A stretch of DNA of 64,000 bases, taken from assembly GCF_006345805.1 (NCBI RefSeq), contig NC_043004.1, positions 49,042,001-49,106,000 on the forward strand. The letters are read 5' to 3'. The position numbers and the translations under genes were made by a program. The stretch comes from Octopus sinensis. Its lineage: Eukaryota. Under the pieces are notes generated by a model. It ran no database searches and was not told the DNA's origin. It saw only the letters and a list, made by a program, of their open reading frames with translations. Within the stretch, counting starts at the first letter, position 1, and each line of letters starts with the position of its first letter. This document shows positions 1 through 13,162 of the stretch, piece by piece.

Positions 1-210
1 GAACAGGTCGCGGATTTTAGCGACGAAAATTTTGACAAATTAAACTTAAATGTTGAAGTGATCGAACGGCTTTTGTGTGTTTCTTAATGGCTTATAAACA
101 CCTTCCACGCTGCATTGTGTGTGTTATATATATATATATTATATATATATATATTATATATATAATATATATATATATATAATATATATATATTCATATA
201 TATATATATA

Positions 211-370
211 CTCTTTTTTATCTTTTACTCTTTTACTTGTTTCAGTCATTTGACTGCGGCCATGCTGGGGCACCGCCTTTAGTGGAGCAAATGAACCCCA
301 GGACTTATTCTTTGTAAGCCTAGTACTTATTCTATCGAATTTTTTTGCCGAACCGCTAGGTTACGGGGAC
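211..370 (-). mobile_element. SINE family 1 (tRNA-headed, AAAGAGT-type tail), 3' fragment
   Basis: Matches the reverse complement of the 3' half of the full copy at 7431-7845 (tail cttttactcttttacttgtttcagtcatttgactgcggccatgctgg). Confidence 0.85.
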
Positions 371-1156
371 AATATATATATATATATATATATTAAACTG
401 AATTGCGTGACATAGTGAAAGAGTTAAAATTGTTGTGTTCTTAATAGCACAAAGTTATTTTTAAGAAGTCAATAAGTTTATTCTGAGAAACGATTTTAAC
501 AAACTATATATGCTTTCTATCTTTGCTGCACTTTCTGAAATGCCATATCTTATACATAGTCTGGAAGCCTCCGCTGCAGGTGTTCGCATGCAACGCTAGA
601 AATAGCTGTCAAATTATCAACAAATACCATGTTATTTTAACATGCCTATGAATATGCATACATGCACGCTCGCTCACACACACACACACACATGGCACAG
701 ATAACAATGTGGTGTCTTATATATCAAATGATTCAATGATCATGGCTGGAACGTCTTATAATACATTGCAAGAACAAGTGCAAAAACAAGAACGACAGTT
801 GGTACTTGAATTCTCGACCTTGTAGTTATGAATTTCGAATCCAGTCAGATTTGAAGATGGAAGGATATACCTGCATACTGATTTTATTTTGTCAAGAGAC
901 AAATGTTCCTCATTTTGGTATACAAATATGAAGGGAAGTTGTCATGCTTCTAGCTTTCCAAGAACATCAGTAGCATTATATGAGAACCGAAACTGTGTCC
1001 TGTTTCCACAAACTACAAAATTACCTGCTGCATCCTACAAAACTATAAATGTAAAACATTTGGTCCCTCTTAGACTGTGTTGATTTAAAAAAAATTCTTC
1101 TGTGAGTCTTATAGCTTACCCCTTAAATATTTACAAAAGCATAACGAGCTCAGGGT

Positions 1157-1225
<69 letters not shown>

Positions 1226-1229
1226 TTCT

Positions 1230-1257
<28 letters not shown>

Positions 1258-1267
<10 letters not shown>

Positions 1268-1655
1268 TTGTTTCAGTCATTGGCTGCGGCCATGTTGGGG
1301 CACCGCCTTAAGTCGAAGAAATTGACCCCGGGACTTATTCTTTGTAAGCCTAGTACTTATTATATCGGTCACTTTTGCCGAACCACTAAGTTACGGGGAC
1401 GTAAACAAACCAGCATCGGTTGTCAAGCGATGTTGCGGGACAAACACAGACACACAAACATATACACACTCATACATATATACATGTATACGACGGGCTT
1501 CTTTCAGTTTCCGTCTTCCAAATCCACTTACAAGGCTATGGTCGGCCCGAGGCTATAGCAGAAGACACTTGCCCAAGGTACCACGCAGTGGGACTGAACC
1601 CGGAACAATGTGGTTTGGTAAGCAAGCTACTTACCTCACAGCCACTCCTGCGCCT
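1258..1655 (-). mobile_element. SINE family 1, full length
   Basis: Head (GGCGCAGGAGTGGCTGTG..GGTTCAGTCCC, pol III A/B-box-like), body, internal TA/TG microsatellite and tail all present; homologous to 7431-7845. Confidence 0.9.
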
Positions 1656-2629
1656 ATATAATTTTATCAGCTATTTAGGCCTTTATTAAATACCAGCAAA
1701 ACCCTTGGAACTTTTTCCATGACTACAAAAATGACAGATAAACATCATAACCGTCGCCACTACGACCATGTACCATTATCCTCACTTGCTTTTATTTAGT
1801 TCCAAGTTTCTACGTTTCTCTGTCATTTCCCCCTGTTTTCTCTATCTCACCTATGTAAATGCCACTCACTCACTCTATGTTTCTCCTTCCATTTCTCAGT
1901 ATGTTTCTTCATCCATCATTCCATCATTATCAACGACCAACGTGACCGCCAACACTCCTACCGACGCCTCAGCAACACAAATAATTAAGAACTGTTTCTT
2001 TCTTACTATATATTTGAGTACTTTCACTGAGCGTGACATAAAAGGTTGGTAGGTAGGAACGTACTATTTTATTAATGTATTGGTTATTTTGGCGTTTATT
2101 AAAAAAGCAACAGTAACAATTTTTCTACCGACCTTCTTCACAGTGAAAATACTCGCTACGCAATCATCCCTAGGCAATCACTCCACCACCTATTCATCCC
2201 ACCACCCATTCACGCCATTACCCGTTCATTCCACCACCCAAACACGCAGCAACTCGAATACTCCCACTACCTCAATCCACTATCTAGTTACCTCATTACT
2301 CGACCACCTCTCTACACAGTCACTCCTCCACCCAGTTACCTCACTACCCAGTTATCACGTGCTCACTTCTTATACCAATCTTCCGCCATTCTGTTAATGA
2401 ACAACAATAACAGTTAAAAACATGAACAAATCACTTGTTTATAAAACAACGTGGCAAGTGAAAGGTGAAAGTTCAAAAGTGAAAGTTGAAAGATGAAATG
2501 TGAAAAGGTAAAGATCAAAGGTGAAGCGTGACAATGGCAACAACTTCAAATGTTTTTTTTATCTAAAACTGTCCTAGCTGATATTTCAAGCCTTCTACTT
2601 GAATAAGGTATCTGGAGTCTAACGCTGCA

Positions 2630-3620
2630 CACACCTTATTTCACCAACGTCACAGATCCTTGCGATATTTCATTAACACCACCGATCTGTACGGAGTTTC
2701 ACTACAGACCTTCAGAATGTTTCACCAGCGCAAGGGACTCCTTCGATCCTTCATAATATTTCGCTAACCCCACGAAACCCCTAAAACATCTTACCGACAC
2801 CACAGACCTCTCTGCAATGTTTCATCATTATTACAGCTCCTCCAAATGCTTCACTAATCCCACAGATTCCTTATAATATCTCACTAACACCACAAATTCT
2901 TTAAACACTTTACCATATCCGACCAATACCACAAATCTCTTAGATTAGTGGTCCTCTACCAGGATCCATATGACCCTTGGGTGTTAATATAAAATTTTGG
3001 GGGTCCACGCATGCAAAATAGAAAACTGGAGATCCACAGCAGTATATTAAGGGTCAATGAAAAAATGTTACTTTGGGTGTATTTATTGAAAGACAGCTAA
3101 GTTTCTTTTGTCTGACATTTTACATAGTTCAGCCAATACAAGTTAATGTACGAAAAGCAAATTAGGAATTTTGAAAGAAATATTTATAAAACTAGTTTTT
3201 GAACATGGAATAGCTATGGGGGTCCACCAGAATAAAATTGTTATAAAATGGGTAAAAAATGGTCAAGAACAACTGTCTTAGATTCATACAATATCTGACT
3301 AACGCCAAAGATTCAATAGATCGTTTACAATAAAACATTTCACCAAAGATCTCTTAGATCGTCTACAATACCAGAGTTCCCTTACAATTACTTACCAGCA
3401 TCATAAACCTCTCTACAATATTTCCCCAGCATCACAGACCCACAGAATGTTTTATTAATATCAAAGACCCCACGTAATATCTCAACATCACAGATACCTT
3501 AGTTTCTCGCAATATCTGGCCAACAACCACATAACATTTATAATATGTGACCAACCCCATAAATCTTTTAGACGTATAATACCTCATTACCACCAAAATC
3601 CTCTCTACCATATTTCACCA
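2630..3620. repeat. Degenerate ~33-35 bp minisatellite, interrupted by a hAT MITE
   Basis: Recurrent unit resembling atatttcactaacaccacagatcctt on both sides of 2946-3275. Confidence 0.6.
2946..3275. mobile_element. hAT-type MITE
   Basis: Imperfect TIRs TAGTGGTCCTCTACC / GGTCAAGAACAACTG; exact 8-bp TSD TCTTAGAT (2938-2945, 3276-3283). Confidence 0.8.
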
Positions 3621-3626
3621 AAAATA

Positions 3627-3838
3627 AGGTGGCGAGCTGACAGAACCGTTAGCCTGCCGGGCAAAATGCTTAGCGACATTTCGACTGTCATGTTCTGAGT
3701 TCAAATCCTCCCAAGTCAGCTTTGCTTTTCATCCTTTCGCGATTGATAAAATAAATACCAGCTGAGTTCTGTAGTCGATGTAATCGACTTACCCCCTCCC
3801 CGAAATTGCTGGTCTTGTACCAAAAGTTGAAATAATTA
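3627..3838 (+). mobile_element. SINE family 2, diverged
   Basis: GGTGGCGAGCTGACAGAA..GAGTTCAAATCC head and tttgcttttcatcctttc body, as in 44336-44566. Confidence 0.8.
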
Positions 3839-4055
3839 TTTCACTAAAATCACAGATACTAACTACGTATCACCAACATTTCATATGCTTCATGTCGTTA
3901 TAAGCACTAAATATTTATCTTACAATGTGTCTTGGATACAATACTGTAGGATTTCTATATTTCATTGTTACTCATAATGCACATCGAGGTCAACTTTGCT
4001 TTGTTCCTCTGGGATCAATAGAATATACTACCAATCAAATACTAAGTTCGATATA

Positions 4056-4538
4056 CCGTAAATCCTCGAGTATAGTCCGCCCTTGAGTATAATACGCAGG
4101 GGATTTTTAGGGGGTTGTACCTCTGAAAAACCTAAACCTTGTGTATAATACGCACCCCTCTCTAACTTGAGTCGTGTGTAATTAAGCCAGCAGCACTTAG
4201 TCGAACAAACACTTCCGCGCATGGTGATGTTCTTAACTGTTATATGGGAATGTAAATATGTTTGCAATATATTTTAGTTACATGTTATTCTGTGTTCTGA
4301 ATACTTTTATTTTAATAAATGTTGCTTACTGCAAGTTATGGATGATTCTTCATTGCTTTCAGGCTTAGCTTAAGGTATTTTCGCGTCCGACATCACAAAA
4401 TGCGTCTGAACAGCAAATAGAGACTCGGACATTGCTTAGAAATTATTTTTCATTTTTAACCTCGTATATAGTACGCAATAGGGATTTTGACCTTTAAATT
4501 TTAGGAAAAAAATGCGGATTACACTCGAGGATGTACGG
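4056..4538. mobile_element. Tc1/mariner superfamily (pogo/Tc2-like) MITE
   Basis: 26-bp TIRs CCGTAAATCCTCGAGTATAGTCCGCC / TGCGGATTACACTCGAGGATGTACGG (4 mismatches), flanked by TA at 4054-55 and 4539-40. Confidence 0.8.
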
Positions 4539-4599
4539 TATTCATTGTCGCCACCTCTCAACAGTAGTGGTTATGAGATTATGCTAGAAACAATAACTA

Positions 4600-4770
4600 C
4601 TCATAATTATTCCATACTGGCATGGCTTTGGGGGAAAGATGTTCAGTACCTGACTTTATGGTTCAGCTCCATTTCTTGGCACCTTGGGCAAGTGTCTTCC
4701 CGGACCAACCAAAGCACTGTGAATAGTGAAATTAGAAGATGAATGCTTAAAGAAGCTCGTCGTGTATAAC
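4600..4770 (+). mobile_element. SINE family 1, old 5' fragment
   Basis: ggttcagctcc..tggcaccttgggcaagtgtctt..aagaagctcgtcgt similarity. Confidence 0.6.
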
Positions 4771-5479
4771 CGTGATTGCGCACGCGTGTGTGTATGTGTG
4801 TGTGGTGTGGTATTGTGTGTGTGTGTGTGTGTGTTTGTGTGTGTGAGTCCAGAAAAAATTTCCAACATAAACATCCAATGCTATGTTCCTGGCAATATGT
4901 GTGTCTATTTGTGTGTGTGTCTATGAGTGTATACATTTAAAGAACCATAACTAAATACCGCAAGCGCGACTCTCCCAACTTAACAAAGGACGTTCCGAAT
5001 ATGTGATCGCTCGACCTGTTAGAAATAGCCTCCAAATTTCCTCAAATCACATCTTACTTCTCAAAAACAAAAAAGATGAAAGCAGAAAGAAGGAAAACAT
5101 TGCACTTCGTAGTCTCGTCATTGTATTGAGACAATATGACAGTGATGTCGCTGGGCGTGAGATGCCCTTAAGAGCAGGCCTTAAGTTAACCGCTCCACCT
5201 GACTCCAGGCCTCCCAGCTTATCCATACAGGTTTATAGGGCTGACCCAAAAATGCTGTCCCATTAAAGCATCACCATTGGCAGGCCACGTCACGCTTCGA
5301 CCCCCACCCCACTTTCCTCTCTATATACGCTACCGGACCATCACGGGTGGAGGGCTTTTAATCACCGTCCGTTCGATACGCTGTGGACCAGAATCGAAAC
5401 ACCATCACCACTACGAACAACAACAACAATCATGCCAATTCATTAACGATTCTTTTTTTCGCTCTTTCTCCCTCCTCAT

Positions 5480-5680
5480 TGTCTTATATCTTTTATCTTT
5501 TGCTTGTTTCAGTCATTAGACTGCGGCCATGCTGGAGTATCGCCTTGAAGAACTTGTAGTCGAATGAATCGACCCCAGTACTCACTGTTGTTGTTTTTTT
5601 TAAGCCTGGTACTTATTCCCTCGGTTCCTTTTGCCGAACCGCTGGATTACGGGGGCGTAAATACACCAACACCGATTGTC
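5480..5680 (-). mobile_element. SINE family 1, 3' fragment
   Basis: Tail and body homology (tttcagtcattagactgcggccatgctgg..ttttgccgaaccgct). Confidence 0.75.
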
Positions 5681-5749
5681 AGTTGTATTATAGATTCCGA
5701 TAACTTAGGAAAACGGTTTGTCTTCTGGTCAACTTCGAGTATACCTCAG

Positions 5750-5843
5750 CCACAACCACCACCACCACCACCACCTCAACCACCATAATCTCACGCAACT
5801 TTTCTGCTCTCCATCTCCCTCACCCTCTCCCTCTCTCCCACCC

Positions 5844-5886
<43 letters not shown>

Positions 5887-7074
5887 CCCGTCTCTCTACC
5901 TATTTACACCTCTCTCTCTCTATCTATCTATTTACCCCTCTCTCTACCTATTTACACCTCTCTCTCTCTCTCTATCTATCTATCTACCCGTCTCTCTATC
6001 TACCTATTTACACGCCCCTCTCTCTCTCTCTCCTCTCTCTCTCTCTCCCTATCTATCTATCTATCGATCTCTAAGTACCCGACCAGTCGCCACCCTTACC
6101 TGACATCATTTTACCTTTGTTCATCGAGCAACTGTAGTTGAACAGTAGCCAGTTGCAGCGAGAGAGAAGTCGCTTTTAACCACACAACACTCTGCCGCAC
6201 TCCCCACCCACCACCACCACCACCACCACTACCACCATCACCACCACCACCACCACCACCACCACCACCACCATCGCCACCGCCACCGCCACTATTGCAG
6301 CACCCGTCAATGTGTTTTGCTACGGTCGCTTAACATAACATCCGTACGCGCACGCAGACACACACACATACACGCGCGCGCGCGCATAAAGCGCTCTCTT
6401 TCTCTGTCTGTCTGTCTCTCTCTAGAACTAGAAACGCACACACACACACACACACACTCATGTAGGCGCGCACAGTCTCACTCTCACATGTAGTGATGTA
6501 CTGACATGTAGTGATGGTCATGATGCTCACTCTTCTGTTTCCCGTTGTAAGCATTACGCTCAACACGACCACCATCGCGACTACCACTACGACGACGACC
6601 ACCACAACCATCACCACCACCACCACCACCACCACCACCACTACCACCACTACCACCACCACCACCACCACCACTGGCTTTACCTGGAGTAGCCCCCCCC
6701 CCCGTTCATTCCTTCCCACCCCCGTTCATCGCCATCACGACGACAGCCACCAACGCACCATAATAACCACCATTGCTAAGAACCCCCTATTTGCCATTCA
6801 AAACCCTATTCACCGTTACCGCCTATCACCCCCACCCCCACCATCACCATCACCATCACTGCCGTCATCATCACTCTCAGTATCACTATTCACCATCACA
6901 ATTCGCTTTAACAATCACCACCGTTCACGACGACGACGACCACCAGCACCACCAGCACCACCAGCAGAACCATACCATGCCTTATCATTTATGAAAGCTG
7001 TTCCCTGCAGTAAGACCCCCGTTAGCCAGTATCCCACACAACTCACGTTGTTTCTCTCACTAACAACCATACAC

Positions 7075-7118
<44 letters not shown>

Positions 7119-7135
7119 CAGCACCACCACCACCC
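5750..7135. repeat. GC-rich cluster of (CAC)n, (CTAT)n, (CA)n, (CG)n and (CAG)n simple repeats
   Basis: Direct inspection; explains the poly-T/V/H/P ORFs in the track. Confidence 0.9.
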
Positions 7136-7430
7136 CACACCTTGAAGTGTCGTTCGATAGCTATGGGCTCTGACTCACCTTTGGTGATATTAAAAATATA
7201 TATATATATACACACACCAAAAATCAACTGCGTGTAATAGTCACCGATCTACCCCTATCGCCGTCCCAAATAGTCATCACCTTCAGTAATACCCCTCTTC
7301 CCAACGCTAACATCCTTCATGGGATGTGGTGGGGCACCTCGACGATGATCTCACTGTTGAAGCAACTTCTAATCTGTATACACCTTAATATCACGTGCCA
7401 ATGGGGGAATAGGAATATCTGCATGTATAT

Positions 7431-7604
7431 AGGCGCAGGAGTGGTTGTGTGGTAAGTAGCTTGCTAACCAACCACAAGGTTCCGCGTTCAGTCCCACTGC
7501 GTGGCACCTTGGGCAAGTGTCTTCTGCTATAGCCCCAGGCCGACCAATGCCTTGTGAGTGGATTTGGTAGACGGAAACTGAAAGAAGCCTGTCGTATATA
7601 TGTG

Positions 7605-7635
<31 letters not shown>

Positions 7636-7845
7636 TTGTGTTTGTCCCGCTAGCATTGCTTGACAACCGATGCTGGTGTGTTTACGTCCCCGTCACTTAG
7701 CGGTTCGGCAAAAGTGACCGATAGAATAAGTACCGGGCTTACAAAAGAATAAGTCCCGGGGTCGAGTTGCTCGACTAAAGGCGATGCTCCAGCATGGCCG
7801 CAGTCAAATGACTGAAACAAGTAAAAGAGTAAAAGAGTAAAGAGT
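7431..7845 (+). mobile_element. SINE family 1, full length
   Basis: tRNA-like head 7431-7500, central tggcaccttgggcaagtgtctt block, internal (TG)n, terminal CAGTCA-AA-TGACTG stem-loop, (AAAGAGT)n tail. Confidence 0.9.
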
Positions 7846-9093
7846 ATATACCGGTCTGCTAGCAATAGCAGCTAAATCTCCCTTTAGCCACATTCAATAT
7901 CCTACAACAGGGGAAGTCTACATTACATTATATGAAGTTCTGCATACTTAAAAAAAAAAAAAATGGGACGCTCCCGGCTGCGATGCGTTTGATCATCTGT
8001 CTACCCAATCAGGTTTGACCAGGGGCTAAATAGTAACACCTTTATATTTTCTACCCGTTACAATCTACCCTTAACAACCATAGCCACCTTCTTGCCACCC
8101 TGGATTGTAATTCCTTTGTCATTTTGTCCTTTGTGTAAAATATCCACATAGACTCTCCCTCTCTTTCTTTCTCTTCCACTCCCACCGTCGACGACTCAGC
8201 GGTAATGCCCCCACCCCCACTCCTTCACTTACTGTCTCCTCCCACAAACATATCCACTCAATACACACACGCTCGCACGCACACGCACACACACACACAC
8301 ACACACAAACATACACACACGCGCAGACTAACTCAGACTCACTCTCTGTAGTACAGCCGAGTCCTCCTACTACCACTCCCGTCATTCTTCTTCGTGCCTA
8401 TCAGCTGAGGGAGGAGGAAGAGGAGGGAGGATGAGGTATTAGTTTGACATCGTCCGATCCACCATTTCCTGTCTGTCTGTCAGTTGTCTGTCTGTCAATC
8501 TCTGTGTTGCAACCAGCCATCATTCCAAACGGTACACATTTTCCATGCAGTGATTCTCAGCCAGAGGGTAAAATATTTAGCCCATGGAGATAAAAAAAAA
8601 AAGACAGAGTGTGGTGGTGGTGGTGGTGGTGGTGGTGGTGGTAGTGGTGGTGTAAATATACCTGAAAATTAAATAACAATTATTTAATTCCGTGAAACTT
8701 TAATAATAAAATAGCTTCATCCTTTTTTCTTTGCCTCAACGATGCCGACTATGCATTTTCCCTCACGGGAGTAAGAGGAGAGAGTCAGTAGCGAAATACA
8801 TCAAACTCAGGGGTGGGGGGGGATGGTTAAGGAGGGGTTGGAATTTACTGCTCAAGATATTGCACGGTTCTCTGTTGTTATTGCTGCTGCGATTATTTTT
8901 ATCTTCAGGGTATCCCTGGTGGAGAACACCTTTGGTCTAAAACGCCTCAAGGATGACGTTTTGAGACATTGTATATCTCAGATTACATTATACAATATAT
9001 CCTTTCGTTGAGTGAATAAATATGAGGAGTAATTTGACTGCTATTTCTACCACCGATTTATAGTAGCTTTACCTTTCGACTTATTTTAGAACA

Positions 9094-10040
9094 TGGTTGA
9101 GTCCATAAAATAGGATTTGACTACACTTCCGTTTAGAGCACAGTTTAAGCTATCTTTTCGTGGAAGAAGGTTTATGTTCCTATGACCTGTGTTAATTCTG
9201 TAACCCTTTCAAATGAAAGATAAGAAAGTTCATTTTCAGCACTTGATGCTTTTCTTTTTCCGTAAAGGGAAAAATATCTCATAAGCAACCAAAGAAATAT
9301 GCGCGGTTTACGGTGATGTTTCTTTATCCGAAAGAACTGTACGGAAGTGGTTCGCAAAGTTCCGAGCTGGAGATTGTAGCCTTATTGATAAAGAGCGATC
9401 AGGCAGACCATCCACTACAGATGCTGACCAAATTGCACAATCCGAGAATTGGCAGAAAGCCTCAACCTATCAAAATCCGTCGTTCATGAGTACCTGGTAA
9501 GGCTTGGGTACACAAATCGCTACCACATGAGTTGAGTGAGAAGAACCTTCTGGATCGCATTTCCATCTGTGATTCGCTTTATAAATAGAATGAAAATGCG
9601 CCTTTTTAAAAGCAAATTGTGACAGGTGATGAGAAATGGATTATCTACGAAAATGTTCAGAGAAAGCGATCCTGGAGTAAGCGACATGAGCCACCCTTAG
9701 CCACCCCAAAAGTGGGTCTTCACTCTAAAAAAGTTTTGTTTTGTGTCTGGTGGGATTGGAAAGGAATTCTGTACTATGAGCTTCTTCCAGGTAACCAGAC
9801 AATTAATTGAGAAATACTGCACACAACTGGACGAGTTAAAAGCAGCAGTTCAAGAGAAACGTCCAGAATTGGCCAACAGGAAGGGTGTTGTTTTCCAACA
9901 TGATAATGCAAGACCGCACGTTTCTTTGGGAACCAGACAAAAATTGCTGCAGCTCGACTGGGATGTGTTACCCTACCCTCCATATTCACCTGATATTGCT
10001 CCTTCGGATTTCCACTTATTCAGGTCTCAGCAGAATAGTC
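9094..10040 (+). pseudogene. mariner transposase relic (DD34D type), 3' end lost at a microsatellite
   Basis: Motifs [36 protein letters not shown] in ORFs 9619-9810 and 9743-10174; frameshifts and stops. Confidence 0.92.
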
Positions 10041-10057
10041 TTATGTATATATGTATG

Positions 10058-10091
<34 letters not shown>

Positions 10092-10310
10092 TGCATGTAT
10101 GCATGTATGTATGTATGTATGTATGTATGTATGTATGTATGTATGTATGTATGTATGTATGTATGTATGTATGAATGTGTGTATGTATGTATGCATGTAT
10201 GCATGTATGCATGTATGTATGTATGTATGTATGAGTGTGTGTATGTATGTATGTATGTATGTATGTATGTATGTATGTATGTATGTATGTATGCATGCAT
10301 GCATGTATTT
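10041..10310. repeat. (TATG)n microsatellite
   Basis: Direct inspection. Confidence 0.95.
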
Positions 10311-10474
10311 GTGTTTCGATAACTTGAAAATCAGTAATGACTAAGAACTTTTCTTCGAAAAATAAATGTGATACTCTATTTAATTGTATAGAGTACTCCT
10401 TCAAGTAATCGACTATTTTCATATGTAATTAAACATAGAAAGCCAACATTAATGTGCGCGCGCATATATATAAA

Positions 10475-10857
10475 CTAGCCGTATCGCCCGGCGTTGCTCA
10501 GGTTTGTAAGGGAAATAACTATAAAGCATTTTTAGAGAGTTATAGCCAAAAAATAGCAAAAAAATGGAAAAAAAATGATGGTAAATTTTTTTGAGAGTTA
10601 AAAAAGGTGGAGTTGCGTCCCCTAGACGGTCTGTGGTTTGGGTTTCTGATTCTCGACCCCATGTCGAATTTATCGATTTTTTTCAGAACTGGGGGAACTT
10701 TTCAAAATTTTCGCTGCGTTAGTTTTGAATTATGACATTGGGCTATGTGTGTGTCAAGTTTCATCAGAATCGGTTGAAAGCCGTGGTCGGAGTGAGGGTA
10801 CGAGAAAACAGACACACAGAAAACGCACAGACAAACTGCCGTTTATATAGAGAGAGA
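10475..10857 (-). mobile_element. Non-autonomous Helitron
   Basis: On the minus strand it starts A|TCTCTCTATATAAACGGCAG and ends CTAG|T; a degenerate GC hairpin (CCTGAGCAACGCCGGG) lies about 10 nt before CTAG; no TSD. Confidence 0.8.
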
Positions 10858-10898
10858 TATATAATAGACAGACAGACAGACAGACAGGACAGACAGAC

Positions 10899-10952
<54 letters not shown>

Positions 10953-11061
10953 ACAGATAAATAGATAGACAGATAAATAGATAGATATACACACACACAC
11001 AAATGCTTTATTTTCTACACGTACTCGGTGAAATACCCAGACTCCAGATTCTTATAAAATT

Positions 11062-11126
11062 GTACGAGCGCCATAAAACGAACAGGAATTCAGATGTATT
11101 CCTGTTCGCTTTATCGTGCTCGATAC
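11062..11126 (+). ncRNA. pre-miRNA-shaped hairpin (candidate)
   Basis: About 28-bp stem: 11 perfect bp CGAACAGGAAT/ATTCCTGTTCG, 2 mismatches, 1 G:U, 1 bulge, 8-nt loop. Not a family I recognise. Confidence 0.3.
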
Positions 11127-11164
11127 TGGTCATTTCTGTTTAATTTGTTTACACTACACAATGA

Positions 11165-11615
<451 letters not shown>

Positions 11616-11638
11616 CATTTATAATTTGTTTCTTTCAG

Positions 11639-11709
11639 GTGACAGCGCTCTAGCTGGGACCGAGGACGAAAAGTTGATGACATGGGATCTCTGGAAAGGA
11701 AAGTTCTGA
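11639..11709 (+). CDS. Candidate terminal coding exon with WD40-repeat spacing
   Basis: Acceptor tttgtttctttcag|GT; phase-1 reading (G)[22 protein letters not shown] fits G-x5-G-[ST]-x-D-x5-W-D-L-x2-G-K. Partner exons not found. Confidence 0.45.
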
Positions 11710-12086
11710 AGATCCAAGACCTCCTTCTTCGATCCACATCGATTTTATTGCTGATGCGAATGCTCCAACTGCATTCATGTCAATTATTGCTTTTAAGTCT
11801 TTGATAAATTCAGACTCTAAATGAGGCTTTGAGGAGAGAGGGGAATATGGCTGTATAAGCACGTCCTTTTTTTCTTTCAAAGAACGGTGACATTTCTGTC
11901 GGAATTGCAATCAAGCAATAACATTAGCAATAGAAAAAATGCGAACAGGAACATGGCCTCCTTGTTTATATCGGACGATGAGATGCTACGATCAATATCT
12001 ATCCATCTCCCTCTCTCCTCTCTCTCATTCCCTCTCTCTCCTCTCTCTCTTTCTCTCTCTCTCCTCTCCACTCTCTCTCCTCTCTC

Positions 12087-12146
<60 letters not shown>

Positions 12147-12196
12147 TTACACATTTATGCATGTATATATATTATACACACACACAAATATATATA

Positions 12197-12234
<38 letters not shown>

Positions 12235-12423
12235 ATATATATATATATGTAATATATATATATATACATTTGCACATTTATGCATGTATATATATATATA
12301 TATATATATATATGCATACATACATACATACATTTATGCATGTATATATGCTTATATACTTGCATGCATACATTTAAATAACTCTCTCTCTCTCTCTCTC
12401 TCACGTGTATGTGTGTGTGTGTG

Positions 12424-12474
<51 letters not shown>

Positions 12475-12739
12475 TAGAAATATAAAGAAAGGAGGTTGGA
12501 AATGCACTTTGAATCGTGAAAAGGATTCATCTATAATTTATTTCCCACTTCCATAATTTTCAAAAGTATCGCGAGAGGGAGAGTCCGGGAACCATGTCAA
12601 TCTGTCTCGACTCTGAGTCGAGAAAAATACCGCGCGTATCTTTAGTTATTTTTCCTTGAAATTTGAAATACTGTCTTGCGGAAAGGACGTCTGATGATTA
12701 CTTACTTAGCTTGAAACTAACAGTAATGATTCAGGATTG

Positions 12740-12990
12740 AATTTTAACACTTATTTTCTAGTAAATGTATTTGTTCGTCAAATATGAAATTTGTAAAAAA
12801 AAAAAAGAGTTTGTTAATGTTTTATAAATACAAGGAATAGTTTTATTCATTAAAATATGCACCCATATTGTCAATACCCTTTTGCCATTTCAGCGGTAGC
12901 TTGTCCAGATCGGAACTGTAAAAATCTGGCAATCTAGAGTCAATAACATCTTGGAAGGCCTGTTTTACAGCATCGTCGGAATTAAAAATG
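12740..12990 (-). mobile_element. mariner 3'-terminal fragment
   Basis: FNSDDAVKQAFQDVIDSRLPDFYSSDLDKLPLKWQKGIDNMGAYFNE* resembles a mariner C-terminus. Confidence 0.7.
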
Positions 12991-13077
12991 TCTTCTGCTC
13001 TAGCCTCGGGCCGACCAAAGCCTTGTGAGTGAATTTGGTAGACGGAAACTGAAAGAAGCCCGTCGTATATATATATG

Positions 13078-13108
<31 letters not shown>

Positions 13109-13112
13109 GTAT

Positions 13113-13162
<50 letters not shown>

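Noticed and set aside
1025-1034. 10-nt minus-strand microexon GATGCAGCAG
   Set aside because: Splice-like flanks alone are too common in this AT-rich sequence.
7431-7500. tRNA genes at SINE heads (also 19914, 44336, 48610, 57440)
   Set aside because: A/B boxes are present but there is no complete cloverleaf, and each continues into a SINE body with tail or TSD.
10016-10422. Long ORFs such as (YVCM)n, (HTYI)n, (YI)n and poly-V/T/P throughout the ORF track
   Set aside because: They are translations of microsatellites that lack stop codons in some frames; not genes.
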